Numbered from the stretch's first letter, positions 29,984 through 39,917 are shown. The stretch is DNA of 64,000 nt from Candidatus Bathyarchaeota archaeon (GCA_963769425.1 CAVYLP010000002.1:134204-198203); one strand, 5' to 3'. Program-made: numbers and translations. The notes: a model not told the origin generated them from the sequence alone.

Positions 29984-30937
29984 ATGAAGAAGATTATAAT
30001 CGACACAGATGGTGAGTTCGACGACTTCATGGCCCTGACCCTCGCACTCAAGTCTAAGGACCTAAGCGTGGAAGCTATCACCACACTTAGCGGTATCCGT
30101 AACCTTCGAGACTCCACAGACGATGTTCTCAACGCGGTTGAGCTACTTGGTCGTGGGGATGTCCCGGTCGGGGAGGGGCTTGAGGTCTCCATGTCGCAGG
30201 ACCTCGCGGAGGAGAGGCGGAACATTCTGAAGATTTGGAGGTCTGGTGGGAGGACCTCCACTAGGGCTATCAGGAGGCCAGGTATCAAGCCTGTGGAAGA
30301 GGATGGCGTCAGCCTCATGATTAGGACGGTCAATGAGAACCCCGGTGAGGTGACCCTAGTCACTCTTGGTGCACTGACGAATGTTGCCTCCGCGCTGCTC
30401 AGGGAGCCGGGGATGGCAAAGAAGGTTAAGGAAGTCTACTCGATGGGTGGGGCCGTCCTTGCCCCGGGTAACACGACCCCGGTCGCCGAGTTTAACATCT
30501 GGGGCGACCCCCTCGCGGCGAAGATCTTCTTCAACTCTGGGATGCATATCACAATGGTGGGCCTCGAGACGTACTACCAGCCAGTCTTGACTGGGGAGGA
30601 GTGGAGCCTCATCAGGGAGGCGAACCCGGCGACTCGTTACTGCTTCGAGAACTTTGAGCCCTGGTTCAAGTACCTCATAGGCCTCCACACCGATTGGAAA
30701 GGTGGCCTCCAAGTGGGGGACGCCCTTACTGTAGGAGCGGCCATCGATCCCAGTCTTATGAAAAGTAGGAGGTGCTTCGTCGACGTCGAGACTCGGGGAG
30801 AGCTAACTGCTGGGCAGACAGTCGCCTACGGGCTATCCCAGAGGAATCCGGCTCCTAAGGAGATGAACGTCGACTTGACGGTGGACTGCGACTGGAAGAG
30901 GTTTAATAGGCTCTTTATAGAGCGGGTAACCTCATAA
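29984..30937 (+). CDS. Nucleoside hydrolase (IU-NH family)
   Basis: IDTDGEFDD, LGALTNVA, MGG, GNTTPVAEFNIWGDP. Confidence 0.9.
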   Translation: MKKIIIDTDGEFDDFMALTLALKSKDLSVEAITTLSGIRNLRDSTDDVLNAVELLGRGDVPVGEGLEVSMSQDLAEERRNILKIWRSGGRTSTRAIRRPGIKPVEEDGVSLMIRTVNENPGEVTLVTLGALTNVASALLREPGMAKKVKEVYSMGGAVLAPGNTTPVAEFNIWGDPLAAKIFFNSGMHITMVGLETYYQPVLTGEEWSLIREANPATRYCFENFEPWFKYLIGLHTDWKGGLQVGDALTVGAAIDPSLMKSRRCFVDVETRGELTAGQTVAYGLSQRNPAPKEMNVDLTVDCDWKRFNRLFIERVTS

Positions 30938-30990
30938 CTAATTAAAATCTCATTTTCGCTAGATTCCCTCTTGAATTTGCCGTCAATCAT

Positions 30991-31956
30991 CTACCCGTAA
31001 GGAAATGTTCCAACATCCGCCGAGTCTGTATAACCGCGGGACTCCCAGTATCCACTGTATTCTTCGGAGACAACCTCGATTCTGATGATCCACTTCGCCC
31101 ACTTGTACCCGTACTTGCTCTCGGCGACGAGTTGAAGAGGGAATCCCCTGTCAGCGGGTAGTGTGACATCGTTTAGACCATAGGCGAGGAGGATACTCTT
31201 GTCTCGGAGATATGTGAGGGGTAGGCCAGTCGAGTACCCATCTTTGCATACGAAGACCACGTAGGCGCCCTCTTGGGATACTCCCGCCTCGTCTAGTAGG
31301 TCGGTGACTCGAAAGCCGGTCCACTTCGCTGGGAAACCCCAGCCCTCCACGCATGGCATGTAGGAGACCTCCGAGTATGCTGGGAGGTTTAATAGGTCAA
31401 TGTATGTCCGTGTAAGGGTCTTGTTTACTAGACCCCCGACCTCTAACGTGTATGTTCCGCGGTCTATGAATTGTGTTCCTAGGATTGCGTTGTTCCCCTG
31501 ACTAGAGATTGGTGTGAGTGTCGTATTCAGGAACTTTAGGGTTTCAACCTCAGGCAGCTTGCTCGAGGTAGGAACCTGAAGTGGTACCTCACTGAATGAT
31601 GTCTGCGCGCCTGGGACTAGACCGAAAAGTATCATTAACCCCATAGTTAACGAGATCAGCGCTAGAATGCCGGCGACTCTTCCAACCAAGCAATGATGAC
31701 CTGTGTTCTTGAGGAGGAAGGTAGCCAATGATGTAAAAATAGTAAGAAGCCCCACCCACGCGTGTATCGAGTGAAAGTTCAACCCAATTAGTTCGGACCA
31801 GTCACCTAGAATGAATCCTAGGAGTCCGAGTCCAGCGAAGAGAGCCATTCCATAGGCAAGTGTCTTATGAGCCGGTCCGCGCTTGGTGAATACTAGGATT
31901 ATTGTCAGTATGGCGGCCGCAATTGAGGGTGCGAAGTGAATCGGTGATAAGACCAA
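30991..31956 (-). CDS. Membrane (cytochrome b561-like, 4 TM) fused to a sulfite-oxidase-family molybdopterin domain
   Basis: Mo domain MPCVEGW, DGYSTGLP, RGFPLQLV, YGYKWAKWI, GYWESRGY; N-terminal His-bearing TM helices. Confidence 0.82.
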   Translation of the reverse strand: MVLSPIHFAPSIAAAILTIILVFTKRGPAHKTLAYGMALFAGLGLLGFILGDWSELIGLNFHSIHAWVGLLTIFTSLATFLLKNTGHHCLVGRVAGILALISLTMGLMILFGLVPGAQTSFSEVPLQVPTSSKLPEVETLKFLNTTLTPISSQGNNAILGTQFIDRGTYTLEVGGLVNKTLTRTYIDLLNLPAYSEVSYMPCVEGWGFPAKWTGFRVTDLLDEAGVSQEGAYVVFVCKDGYSTGLPLTYLRDKSILLAYGLNDVTLPADRGFPLQLVAESKYGYKWAKWIIRIEVVSEEYSGYWESRGYTDSADVGTFPYG

Positions 31957-32142
31957 CTTATTTACCTAGGGTTTGATAGTGCATTTCCTTACTTAGATAC
32001 TATTCCGTATATGGTTGAATAAATAAAAATCTGATGCCTTTTATCGGAGAAAGCGTCTCATTGTTGAACCTTACTTTCTTCGTGATCAGACTTCACGAGA
32101 CTCACAAAAATAAAATATATTCCACGGGTAGATAAACTGGAC

Positions 32143-32625
32143 ATGATAGGTTCTGAGTTCCTTTTTTCCCTACTTCTATGGTTTGTGAGGGCTCTGATTT
32201 CCAGCGTCATCTGTTTGGCTATTGGGCTTCTCGGGATCCGTGCAATATCCTTCGTCACAACGAAGATTAGTGAGTTCGAGAGCATACGGGGACACCCTCT
32301 CGCCACCAGCCTTTTCCTTGGTGGTTTCCTCATCTACTCGGGTTTGGTGATCTACGGCTCGATGGTTAACCCATTCTTTCTTTCGCAGTCGGTCTCACTT
32401 GGTACCTTCTTTAATGTTGAGAGACTTTTGATAGTGGTTTTAAGCTTCCTCGTTAGCTTCATCTTTGGGAGTTTATTTTATTTCATATTCTCCAAGCTAA
32501 AATTATTCAACGTGGATTTGGATGACATCAATAAGCACCCAGTTGCTGTAGGGGTCTTCCTTTTTTGTTATGAGATATTCCTTGGTTTGATTATTTTCGC
32601 GAGTCTTAACATACCCTTAGGATAA
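32143..32625 (+). CDS. DUF350-like four-TM membrane protein
   Basis: Internal repeat IRGHPLATSLFLGG / INKHPVAVGVFLFC. Confidence 0.6.
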   Translation: MIGSEFLFSLLLWFVRALISSVICLAIGLLGIRAISFVTTKISEFESIRGHPLATSLFLGGFLIYSGLVIYGSMVNPFFLSQSVSLGTFFNVERLLIVVLSFLVSFIFGSLFYFIFSKLKLFNVDLDDINKHPVAVGVFLFCYEIFLGLIIFASLNIPLG

Positions 32626-32627
32626 AC

Positions 32628-33452
32628 TTGATGACTATGTCGCTACTAAAAACTTCTTTTGTCTTCGTTCTCATAGTCCTCTTCTTTGTTCCACAGGTTA
32701 GGGGGATTCCAAGTGGCGGAGTGATGCCTCCTACATTCACGCATAGATCAGGGTTCTGGTATGATGAGTGGGGACTCACCCGCGACTACGCAGAGGGAAG
32801 AGACGGCTACATCCCTGGGCTGGAATCGGAGACGATCGGAGTCAACAAGGAGTTAGCCTACAGCATCGGTGAGAGGTTCAGAGACACCTACTCTGACCGA
32901 AACACAATGGCTACAGCAATTCTAAAGTATGTCCAGACTTGGACACAGTATGGTTATGATGATGAGAATGTGGTTATGGGAGGAGTAGCTCAGGAAGAGT
33001 GGGCTTGGAACGCAGATGAGATGGCGCACAACATCGATGAGAGTTCGGGTGCAGTTGCGGTTGGGGACTGTGAGGACTTAGCTTTCCTATGTGCAACTAT
33101 TTATAATGGAGCCGGGTTCGAGACAGCTATTATTGATGCTCCTGAGCATGTTGCGCTCTTGATTTGGTTGCCAGATTTTCAGAATGCGAACCAGTATTGG
33201 GAGCTACCTGAAGATGGTCGAGGCGCTGGCTGGATCTGGGTAGAATCGACGGGTTCCAGGAATCCACTTGGGTGGACGCCTTCTGATTTTTTTGATGGAG
33301 ATTGGACGGCTTATACATTGGTTGATGGCGTCTATTATTCACAGCAGCCCGTCCAGTCCGGGTCATCGTTGTCTGGTTCTGACAATACAGATTTGCTCCT
33401 CGTCATCGGCTTCATTGTACTAATTATCCTATCAAGGATGTTTAGAAGATAG
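32628..33452 (+). CDS. Exported transglutaminase-like cysteine protease with C-terminal membrane anchor
   Basis: Signal peptide, GDCEDLA, PEHVALLI, WIWVEST, Ser-rich linker, TM helix plus RMFRR. Confidence 0.75.
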   Translation: MMTMSLLKTSFVFVLIVLFFVPQVRGIPSGGVMPPTFTHRSGFWYDEWGLTRDYAEGRDGYIPGLESETIGVNKELAYSIGERFRDTYSDRNTMATAILKYVQTWTQYGYDDENVVMGGVAQEEWAWNADEMAHNIDESSGAVAVGDCEDLAFLCATIYNGAGFETAIIDAPEHVALLIWLPDFQNANQYWELPEDGRGAGWIWVESTGSRNPLGWTPSDFFDGDWTAYTLVDGVYYSQQPVQSGSSLSGSDNTDLLLVIGFIVLIILSRMFRR

Positions 33453-33612
33453 CGCGCAACCTTGTACCTCATAGTGAGAAGGCGGTTCATTTCGTAGTAT
33501 AACTTTCACTTATGATTTTAGGGATAAGCTCTGGGTAAAGATTACATATTGCCACATTAAGTCGTCACCTATATGCGCCCACGTTATTTACTATTATTAC
33601 TGATACGATTTT

Positions 33613-33876
33613 CTATAATCTTGCAAAGTAGTAGATGTCACTTGTAGTGCCTTTTTTTCTAGATTGTTTAACGATGTATCCTTCAGCTGCTAGGTTATCA
33701 AGGGCTTTGCGAGCCAGTTGAACGTCGTTGGAATTTCTATTTGGGTTGGCAATGGATACACGATGAATTGTGGTTCCATCATTGTTGGCTATCTGATACG
33801 CTGTTAACGGTTTGCCACGATTCTCCCTTAGATGAGTGAGTATTCTCCACTCAAAGGCATTCATCGTATCAACCAT
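33613..33876 (-). CDS. Small wHTH-like protein
   Basis: ILTHL..PLTAYQIA...ARKALDNLAAEGYIVK pattern. Confidence 0.55.
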   Translation of the reverse strand: MVDTMNAFEWRILTHLRENRGKPLTAYQIANNDGTTIHRVSIANPNRNSNDVQLARKALDNLAAEGYIVKQSRKKGTTSDIYYFARL

Positions 33877-34026
33877 AGGTTACTATTCATTTTCATTAAT
33901 ACGTATAATGGAGTAGATGTTACTCACTTAGTCGAGATCTTTAGTGAAGATTATGAGTTCTTAATATAGTTTCATACTCCGTAATCGTCAATTATAATTA
34001 AATATTATTTCCCAAATTGGGAAAGA

Positions 34027-34248
34027 TTGATGAAGACTGCCCAACAAAACACACTTCGGTGCCTATCTTGTGGTAGCCCATTGAACCGCATAGAAGGCTC
34101 TGAGAGTCTTGAGTGTCATAAATGTGGTGAGGTCTTCGACCTCGGAGTCTTGTCAGGCATGGAGCTCGACCTTGATGAATGCGATCGAATGCTGCAAAAT
34201 GCTTTTAGAAATAAAAGGGTAAGCAAAAGACACCGCCTTTATCGTTAG
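34027..34248 (+). CDS. Small Zn-ribbon protein
   Basis: CLSCG ... CHKCG. Confidence 0.6.
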   Translation: MMKTAQQNTLRCLSCGSPLNRIEGSESLECHKCGEVFDLGVLSGMELDLDECDRMLQNAFRNKRVSKRHRLYR

Positions 34249-34471
34249 ATTTGATCAAGACGTTTGCAGAAATTTTAATCTAACCCTCGTATCGAATATT
34301 TTAAATTAATGAAATCTGAGTATGGCTCTTGCGATTCGCGATTCTATCTGTTATTGACTTTTACGGTGTGTTTTTATTACAATCATTTTACTCGCCTTGA
34401 AGATTAGTTCTTTTTAATATTTACTTTTTTGGTCGATTCACTTATATTGTGTCTGAGGAGAAGTTATGGTC

Positions 34472-34522
34472 AAGTCTCCTAGCTATGTTTACGAAGGTCT
34501 TCCTCTCGGGTGTGAGATTGAG
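34472..34522 (+). repeat. About 51-bp diverged copy of 42852-42902 (5' remnant of the 42865 gene)
   Basis: aagtctcctagctatgtttacgaaggtcttcctctcgggtgtgagattgag vs aagtctcctcgttatgtttacgaaggtctttctctcagctgtgaggttgag. Confidence 0.8.
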
Positions 34523-34561
34523 AAGTTACCTTGGTTTCCTCGATTTTAACCAGTTGGTGGG

Positions 34562-34999
34562 TTGGGGATCTTGAGAAGAGCTTTCATCGGTATTTTGGTT
34601 TTTACCATTCTGGCCGTTTTAGTGGTGCCGGTGGGTGCAGTCACGCAGGATGAGGCGAAGGCGGATCTTGCGAGAGCCTTTGTTGGTGTTCAGAGGGCTG
34701 AGCGTTCATTTGCTTATGTGGGAGATTTGGTGGATAAGCTGAATACTGCTGCACATCTCCTCGACGCTGGGGGGGACGATAATGTTGCCCAAGCCTCGGT
34801 TCTGATCTCAGATGTTTTAGCTTCAACTCCCTCCAGGGAGTCTGCGGGGAGCCAGGCCCAGACGATGAGGTTGGCTATTAGGGGTGTCCTGCTGGCAGTT
34901 CTTGCAGTCTCTGCTCTGTTGGTCTGGTTCTACGGGTCCAGGGTGTACTATGGGCTCTGGTTGAGGACCCGTGGTGGTTGGAGGGTGGAGCGGGCTTGA
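34562..34999 (+). CDS. Hypothetical membrane protein (signal peptide, helical body, C-terminal TM)
   Basis: N-terminal signal, C-terminal hydrophobic helix; first gene of an overlapping three-gene unit. Confidence 0.7.
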   Translation: MGILRRAFIGILVFTILAVLVVPVGAVTQDEAKADLARAFVGVQRAERSFAYVGDLVDKLNTAAHLLDAGGDDNVAQASVLISDVLASTPSRESAGSQAQTMRLAIRGVLLAVLAVSALLVWFYGSRVYYGLWLRTRGGWRVERA

Positions 35000-35490
35000 G
35001 GGACGACGAGCTTAAGATCGTGGCGCTGACCCTTATCGGGTTGATGGCGGCGGTAGCAATCTATCCCATCCTAGCGGAGTACCGAGGAACTGTGGAGCCT
35101 TTCTCGGAGCTTGGGATCCTTGGACCTAACATGAAGTTGGGGGACTATCCGCGTGAACTTGCTGTCGGGCAGAGCTTCAATCTGTACCTCTACGTGGGGA
35201 ACCACGAGGGTGGGGTGGAGTACTTCAGGGTGCAAGCGAAGCTTGGGGATGTTAATAGCAATGTGAGTGACACGACTCCCCTGGATGCGCCTGTGTTTGC
35301 CTCCTGGGCCTTCGTGATGCCTAATGAAAGTAACAGTACACTTCCCATTACGCTCTCCGTGGATAGGGCTGGGCTTAACCAGCGGGTCGTCTTCGAGCTC
35401 GACATGTACGACTCCAGTGTAAACGACTTCGTCTATCACCAGCGCTGGACGCAGCTATGGATGAACGTGACTTCAACCGTAATTCCGTGA
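34996..35490 (+). CDS. DUF1616-like extracellular domain protein
   Basis: EPFSELGILGPNMKLGDYP, LYVGNHEG..Y, QLWMNVT; TTGA overlap start. Confidence 0.8.
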   Translation: MRDDELKIVALTLIGLMAAVAIYPILAEYRGTVEPFSELGILGPNMKLGDYPRELAVGQSFNLYLYVGNHEGGVEYFRVQAKLGDVNSNVSDTTPLDAPVFASWAFVMPNESNSTLPITLSVDRAGLNQRVVFELDMYDSSVNDFVYHQRWTQLWMNVTSTVIP

Positions 35491-36173
35491 TGACTATGAG
35501 TTGGCGTAAGAGGATATTCGGTTCCGGTTCACCCCGGGATGAGCCTGAGGAACCTGAAGTGGAGGAGGTTGAGGAACGTGAGCCGAATCCACTGGAGGGC
35601 GCGGTGCTGGGACACGTTGGTGAACCAGTGATCGAGCTTGTCAACCATATCGCAGTGGGGGAAGGGGTGAAGTTTGAGTCTGCGGCTCGGGGGTTAATTC
35701 GGGCGGTAGAGGACGAAAAGGTTCGTTTAGTTGACCCTAAGCCTCCGAGTGGTTTACTGGGCTACTGGGTTTCCCTCTATAGTAGCTGGTTCTGGTTGGT
35801 AGAGGGGTTCGTGGTGGTCGTTTTAGCATCGATCTACATAATGCCTCAGTTTTACCCTTTCAACTACCTGAGGTACCTCGTTGGTGCAATATTCGTCTTG
35901 TTTGTGCCTGGGTATGTGCTGATTGAGGCGCTTTACCCGAAGGCGGATGAGCTTGATAGGCTTGAGAGGTTCGCGCTCGATGTAGGACTGAGCATCGCTG
36001 TTGTGCCCCTGGTTGGGTTGGTGCTAAACTATACGCCTTGGGGGATCAGGCTTGACCCTATCTTTGCATCGTTATCTATACTCGTGTTGGGGTTAGGGTT
36101 TTTGGGGGTTTGGAGGAAGTACGGGTACTTCACACTGGCCCGTAAATTAATGAAGACAACAAACTCAGTTTAA
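35487..36173 (+). CDS. DUF1616-like membrane domain protein
   Basis: FVLFVPGYVLIEALYP, LERFALDVGLSIAVVPLVGLVLNYTPWGIRL; GTGA overlap start. Confidence 0.82.
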   Translation: MMTMSWRKRIFGSGSPRDEPEEPEVEEVEEREPNPLEGAVLGHVGEPVIELVNHIAVGEGVKFESAARGLIRAVEDEKVRLVDPKPPSGLLGYWVSLYSSWFWLVEGFVVVVLASIYIMPQFYPFNYLRYLVGAIFVLFVPGYVLIEALYPKADELDRLERFALDVGLSIAVVPLVGLVLNYTPWGIRLDPIFASLSILVLGLGFLGVWRKYGYFTLARKLMKTTNSV

Positions 36174-36545
36174 CCTCTTAGCTGCCCAACATCAATTTTT
36201 AGAAAAACTAACCGCTAAAAACACTTTAAAAAACTAATAATTAAAATAACCTCGGGTTAAATCCTTTCGAAATATAGTCACAATCACAGAGTCTAATAAA
36301 TTGAAAATCGGATGGCGGGCACCCTTGATTTCTCATTAATTCTCGCATTTAAATTATATAGTCATCACTAGAACAAGTAAAATAAACTTTGAAAACGTTG
36401 GATACCATTTCTTCGATTTTCCAATATTTTCAACTGCCTATTACCAGTACATTAGCGGGAGTACGCGAGAGATATTACCTTTTGACACAGACAACTGGTG
36501 ATCAAGGTTGTTATTCGACCATGCCAAAAAAAATACAAAGACTGA

Positions 36546-38429
36546 TTGGTGGAAGACTTGCTTCAGGAAACGAGTTTAAAAGTCGGTGCATCAATTCGGG
36601 TTCTTCTCATCGATGACGAAGAGTCTCAGATAGAACTGACGAAGTTGAACCTCGAGAAGGTTGACCCCAACCTAATAATCACTGGAACCACTAATCCGCC
36701 GCGAACAATCGAACTCATCCATCAGTCCTTCGACTGCGTCGTATCGGATTACAAGATGCAAGGAATGAGCGGTCTCAAACTAAATACAGAGATCAAAAAG
36801 ACTAGCAAAATCCCATTCATACTATACACCGGGCGAGGGAGCGAGGAGGTCGCTGAAGTAGCCTTCAGTGTCGGCGTCGATGACTACGTCATGAAGGAAC
36901 ATACACTCGCGAATTACAGCGTCTTGGCTAAGAGGATAAGGAACGCCGTTGAGAAACGTCGGAATGAGGAGGAGATGATAAGGTTAGCCTCATACCCTCA
37001 ACTTAATCCCAACCCTATTGTGGAGGCGGACTTCACCGGTAAGATCGATTATATGAATCCCACGGCGAGGCTCGAATTTCCCGAGCTCTTCAGGTCAGGG
37101 TCGATCAGTTCTCTCGGTTTGAACTGGGGCGAGACGGTTGCAAAGATACTGAGTACAGAGAAGAAGACCCTAGTTAAGGACACATTATTTAACGGCGTAT
37201 GGTATTCGCTGACTTTTCACATGGTTCCCGGCGTCGATAAGGTACGGTTCTACGCGGCCAACATAGACGAGAGAAAGAGGGGCGAGGAAACACTCATAGA
37301 ATTAAACAAGAAACTGTTATCCTCCAATGAGGAACTCAGAAGCACCGAGGAAGATCTGAGAATATCCAGAGAAAAGGTGCAGCAGTACGCCGGTGGGCTC
37401 GAAACGATGATTGCCGATAGAACAGCTGAGCTTAGAGAGAGCGAGGAGACGCTTAGGGGTTTCATGGACTCTGCTCCTGACAGCTTCTGGATCTACTCAT
37501 CTGAGCTTGTACTCATGGATCTTAATAGGAAGGCATTGGAAATTCTTGGATCCAGAAAGGAGGATGTAATCGGAAAATGCCTTACAGAATTGGAACCGGG
37601 GATAGAAAAAGAGGAGAGGTATGCTAGATTCCTCAAGGTATTGGAGACGGGGAAGCCTGAGTACATTGAGGATTTTCAATCTTTATCCAAGTTTAGTTGC
37701 GAGTGGATGGATCAGTGGGTCTTCAAGATCGGAGATCATTTGGGGCTTATTTCGCGAGATATAACGAATCATAAGAAGCTTGAGGAGAAGCTTCGTAGAG
37801 CTGAGCAGTTTGACACAATCAACAGGTTAGGTGCTACAGTTGCTCATGACCTGCGTTCGCCTCTTAGCGCCATAAATAACGCAGCCTGGGTGGGTAGGCA
37901 GAAGCCGGAGCTCTCTGAGAAGATGTTTGAAATCATATCTGGGAGTGTGGATCGGTCCATTCGCATGATAGAGGAGTTCAGGGCAGGTACACGAGAGGTA
38001 AAGGTGGTGAAAAGGAAAGCTGATCTATCCTCACTGGTCAAGGGCGTTGTGGATGAAGTTCATGTGCCCGAGTCTATTAGCGTGAACTTGGATCTACCGG
38101 AGAGGTTCGAGGCTGAGATCGACCCTGATGTTATTCATCGTGTAATTGATAATCTTGTGAGAAACGCCGTCGAGGCCATGTCGGGCGGCGGTAAGTTGAC
38201 AATTTCAGCTAAACGTGATCGTGGTGATGTGGTGGTTGAGGTAGTCGACACTGGGGTTGGCATACGAGAGGAGGATGCTAAGAATCTCTTCGAGCCATTG
38301 TTCACGACTAAGAAGAGTGGTCTAGGGCTCGGGCTTTACTTCGTTCGTATGGCTGTGGAGGCGCATGGCGGTAGAATATCTTTTGTATCCAAGCTTGGTG
38401 AAGGTACAACCTTCACGATTAAGATATGA
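36546..38429 (+). CDS. Hybrid sensor histidine kinase REC-PAS-coiled coil-PAS-HisKA-HATPase
   Basis: LIDDE, DCVVSDYKM, NPNPIVE, VAHDLRSPL, NLVRNAVEAM, DTGVGI, GLGLGL. Confidence 0.92.
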   Translation: MVEDLLQETSLKVGASIRVLLIDDEESQIELTKLNLEKVDPNLIITGTTNPPRTIELIHQSFDCVVSDYKMQGMSGLKLNTEIKKTSKIPFILYTGRGSEEVAEVAFSVGVDDYVMKEHTLANYSVLAKRIRNAVEKRRNEEEMIRLASYPQLNPNPIVEADFTGKIDYMNPTARLEFPELFRSGSISSLGLNWGETVAKILSTEKKTLVKDTLFNGVWYSLTFHMVPGVDKVRFYAANIDERKRGEETLIELNKKLLSSNEELRSTEEDLRISREKVQQYAGGLETMIADRTAELRESEETLRGFMDSAPDSFWIYSSELVLMDLNRKALEILGSRKEDVIGKCLTELEPGIEKEERYARFLKVLETGKPEYIEDFQSLSKFSCEWMDQWVFKIGDHLGLISRDITNHKKLEEKLRRAEQFDTINRLGATVAHDLRSPLSAINNAAWVGRQKPELSEKMFEIISGSVDRSIRMIEEFRAGTREVKVVKRKADLSSLVKGVVDEVHVPESISVNLDLPERFEAEIDPDVIHRVIDNLVRNAVEAMSGGGKLTISAKRDRGDVVVEVVDTGVGIREEDAKNLFEPLFTTKKSGLGLGLYFVRMAVEAHGGRISFVSKLGEGTTFTIKI

Positions 38430-38591
38430 GTTAAATAACCGATTTAATTAACGCCTCGGCTCAAGAGCACGCCCGAGGCTAAGTAGAAAAGAACACTTTC
38501 TAATAGCCCATCTAGAGGCATGATATTTTCATAGATCTCTGATTATCTAGTGCTTGTAAAAGCATACGAATAACCGAAAATGTGCTCATCA

Positions 38592-39917
38592 TCACTTGGC
38601 CGAAGGCTCGAGGGAACCACTTATGGTTACCTCATCCTGGGATGTTACTATGCTGTTAACATCAAGGTTGAAGTGTAAACCAGTACCAGGTATGTCCTCC
38701 CGGATAATAGCAGGGGATATCACAACATTTGATAATATCTTTATGAGATGTTCCTCGACCCTGTCGATGAAAAGGTCGATGATCTCACCGGGTAAACCCC
38801 AGTTTAGTGGAAGAGTTGTGTCGAGCTTCTCAAGTCTTACCACGACGCGGAGCTTGTTGTCGAGGTGAATGGATGCAGATGCCTCCTTGATGATTAACTC
38901 AAGGTCCCTCTCCGTGAATGTTGCCCCCGTTATTGTCTCGTCTTTTCCTTTTTCATCTGATGCGTGTGTTAGGAGCTGCAGCTTCGCGTCGATGTCTAGC
39001 TTAATGGTGAGGCCCGGGACATCAAGTTCGTTTCCCTCCTTTAAGACGAACTCCGGTTCTCCTAGTTTCACCAATATCCTATAGTCCAGCCACCACTTCT
39101 TCACCTCACGGTTTATCATTATTTTATGTCTCTGAAGCAAGTAATCCAGTGCGAGTCCGAGCCTGGTGAACAGCTCAAGGGGTAGATCTGGTTTAATATC
39201 CAACTGCCCTTTCACCTCGTCTATTATTGGTTTGTCTGGGTTTCCCCACCAGTACTTCTTTACCCTCTGGATTGCGCCCGCGGATAGGCTGAAGGAGATG
39301 TCCTGCCCAGCTGTGAGGTCAGTTAAGACTGTTGTCGAATCATTTGTTCGTCCCAGAAGATTAATGAGGATAGCTGAGACGTCACCGTTTACGGATGTTA
39401 TTTTCGCTATATCTAGTGGGATGGGTGAGAGATTCTCTTCCCCGAGTTCAGGTAGCGCAAAAGAATAGAGATTAGATGATAAGGCCAGCTCCTCATAGTG
39501 GCGTGCGAGACGGTTATCGATGAGGAAGGTTAGCAGATTATAGTATTGTACTGAAAGTTGCCTTAAGACAGGGTTCCGGCGTTCGACTGACTCCATCTTC
39601 AGCTTCGACTCGATGAGTTTAGCCTCCAGTCTCTTGGATGTCTCATCGCTTTGGATGGATACAATAAGATTAGCCTTCGAGTTCATGTTGATGGGGATGA
39701 GGCTAAGTATGCGGATGTTGATTTTTAGATCAATCGTGAAGGTTATGCGGTCCTCGTCGAAGCGGTCGACGGTTGGGGATTTATCCAATGTCATCTTGTA
39801 TGAGATTAGTCCGCCCCTTTTACCGATAATAGGGTTCGTTCTATAGACGTCTTCCAGTATTTTGTTATAGAGTTGTCTATGGATCTCCACAACCAGGTCG
39901 TAGCCAGCCGTATTCAC
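38592..39917 (-). CDS. Hypothetical protein, possible TULIP (P47-like) lipid-binding fold
   Basis: 441-aa ORF; MNTAGYDLVV..NKIL start and a second-half GQDISFSLS motif; long alternating beta strands. Confidence 0.6.
   Translation of the reverse strand: MNTAGYDLVVEIHRQLYNKILEDVYRTNPIIGKRGGLISYKMTLDKSPTVDRFDEDRITFTIDLKINIRILSLIPINMNSKANLIVSIQSDETSKRLEAKLIESKLKMESVERRNPVLRQLSVQYYNLLTFLIDNRLARHYEELALSSNLYSFALPELGEENLSPIPLDIAKITSVNGDVSAILINLLGRTNDSTTVLTDLTAGQDISFSLSAGAIQRVKKYWWGNPDKPIIDEVKGQLDIKPDLPLELFTRLGLALDYLLQRHKIMINREVKKWWLDYRILVKLGEPEFVLKEGNELDVPGLTIKLDIDAKLQLLTHASDEKGKDETITGATFTERDLELIIKEASASIHLDNKLRVVVRLEKLDTTLPLNWGLPGEIIDLFIDRVEEHLIKILSNVVISPAIIREDIPGTGLHFNLDVNSIVTSQDEVTISGSLEPSAK

Noticed and set aside
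33107-33116. Possible att copy of the tRNA-Cys 3' end (TGGAGCCGGG)
   Set aside because: Only 10 bp, inside an intact CDS, and no integrase present; plausibly chance
38454-38479. GCCTCGG...CCGAGGC hairpin after the kinase gene
   Set aside because: A 7-bp stem with a long loop and no U-tract; insufficient to call a terminator or ncRNA
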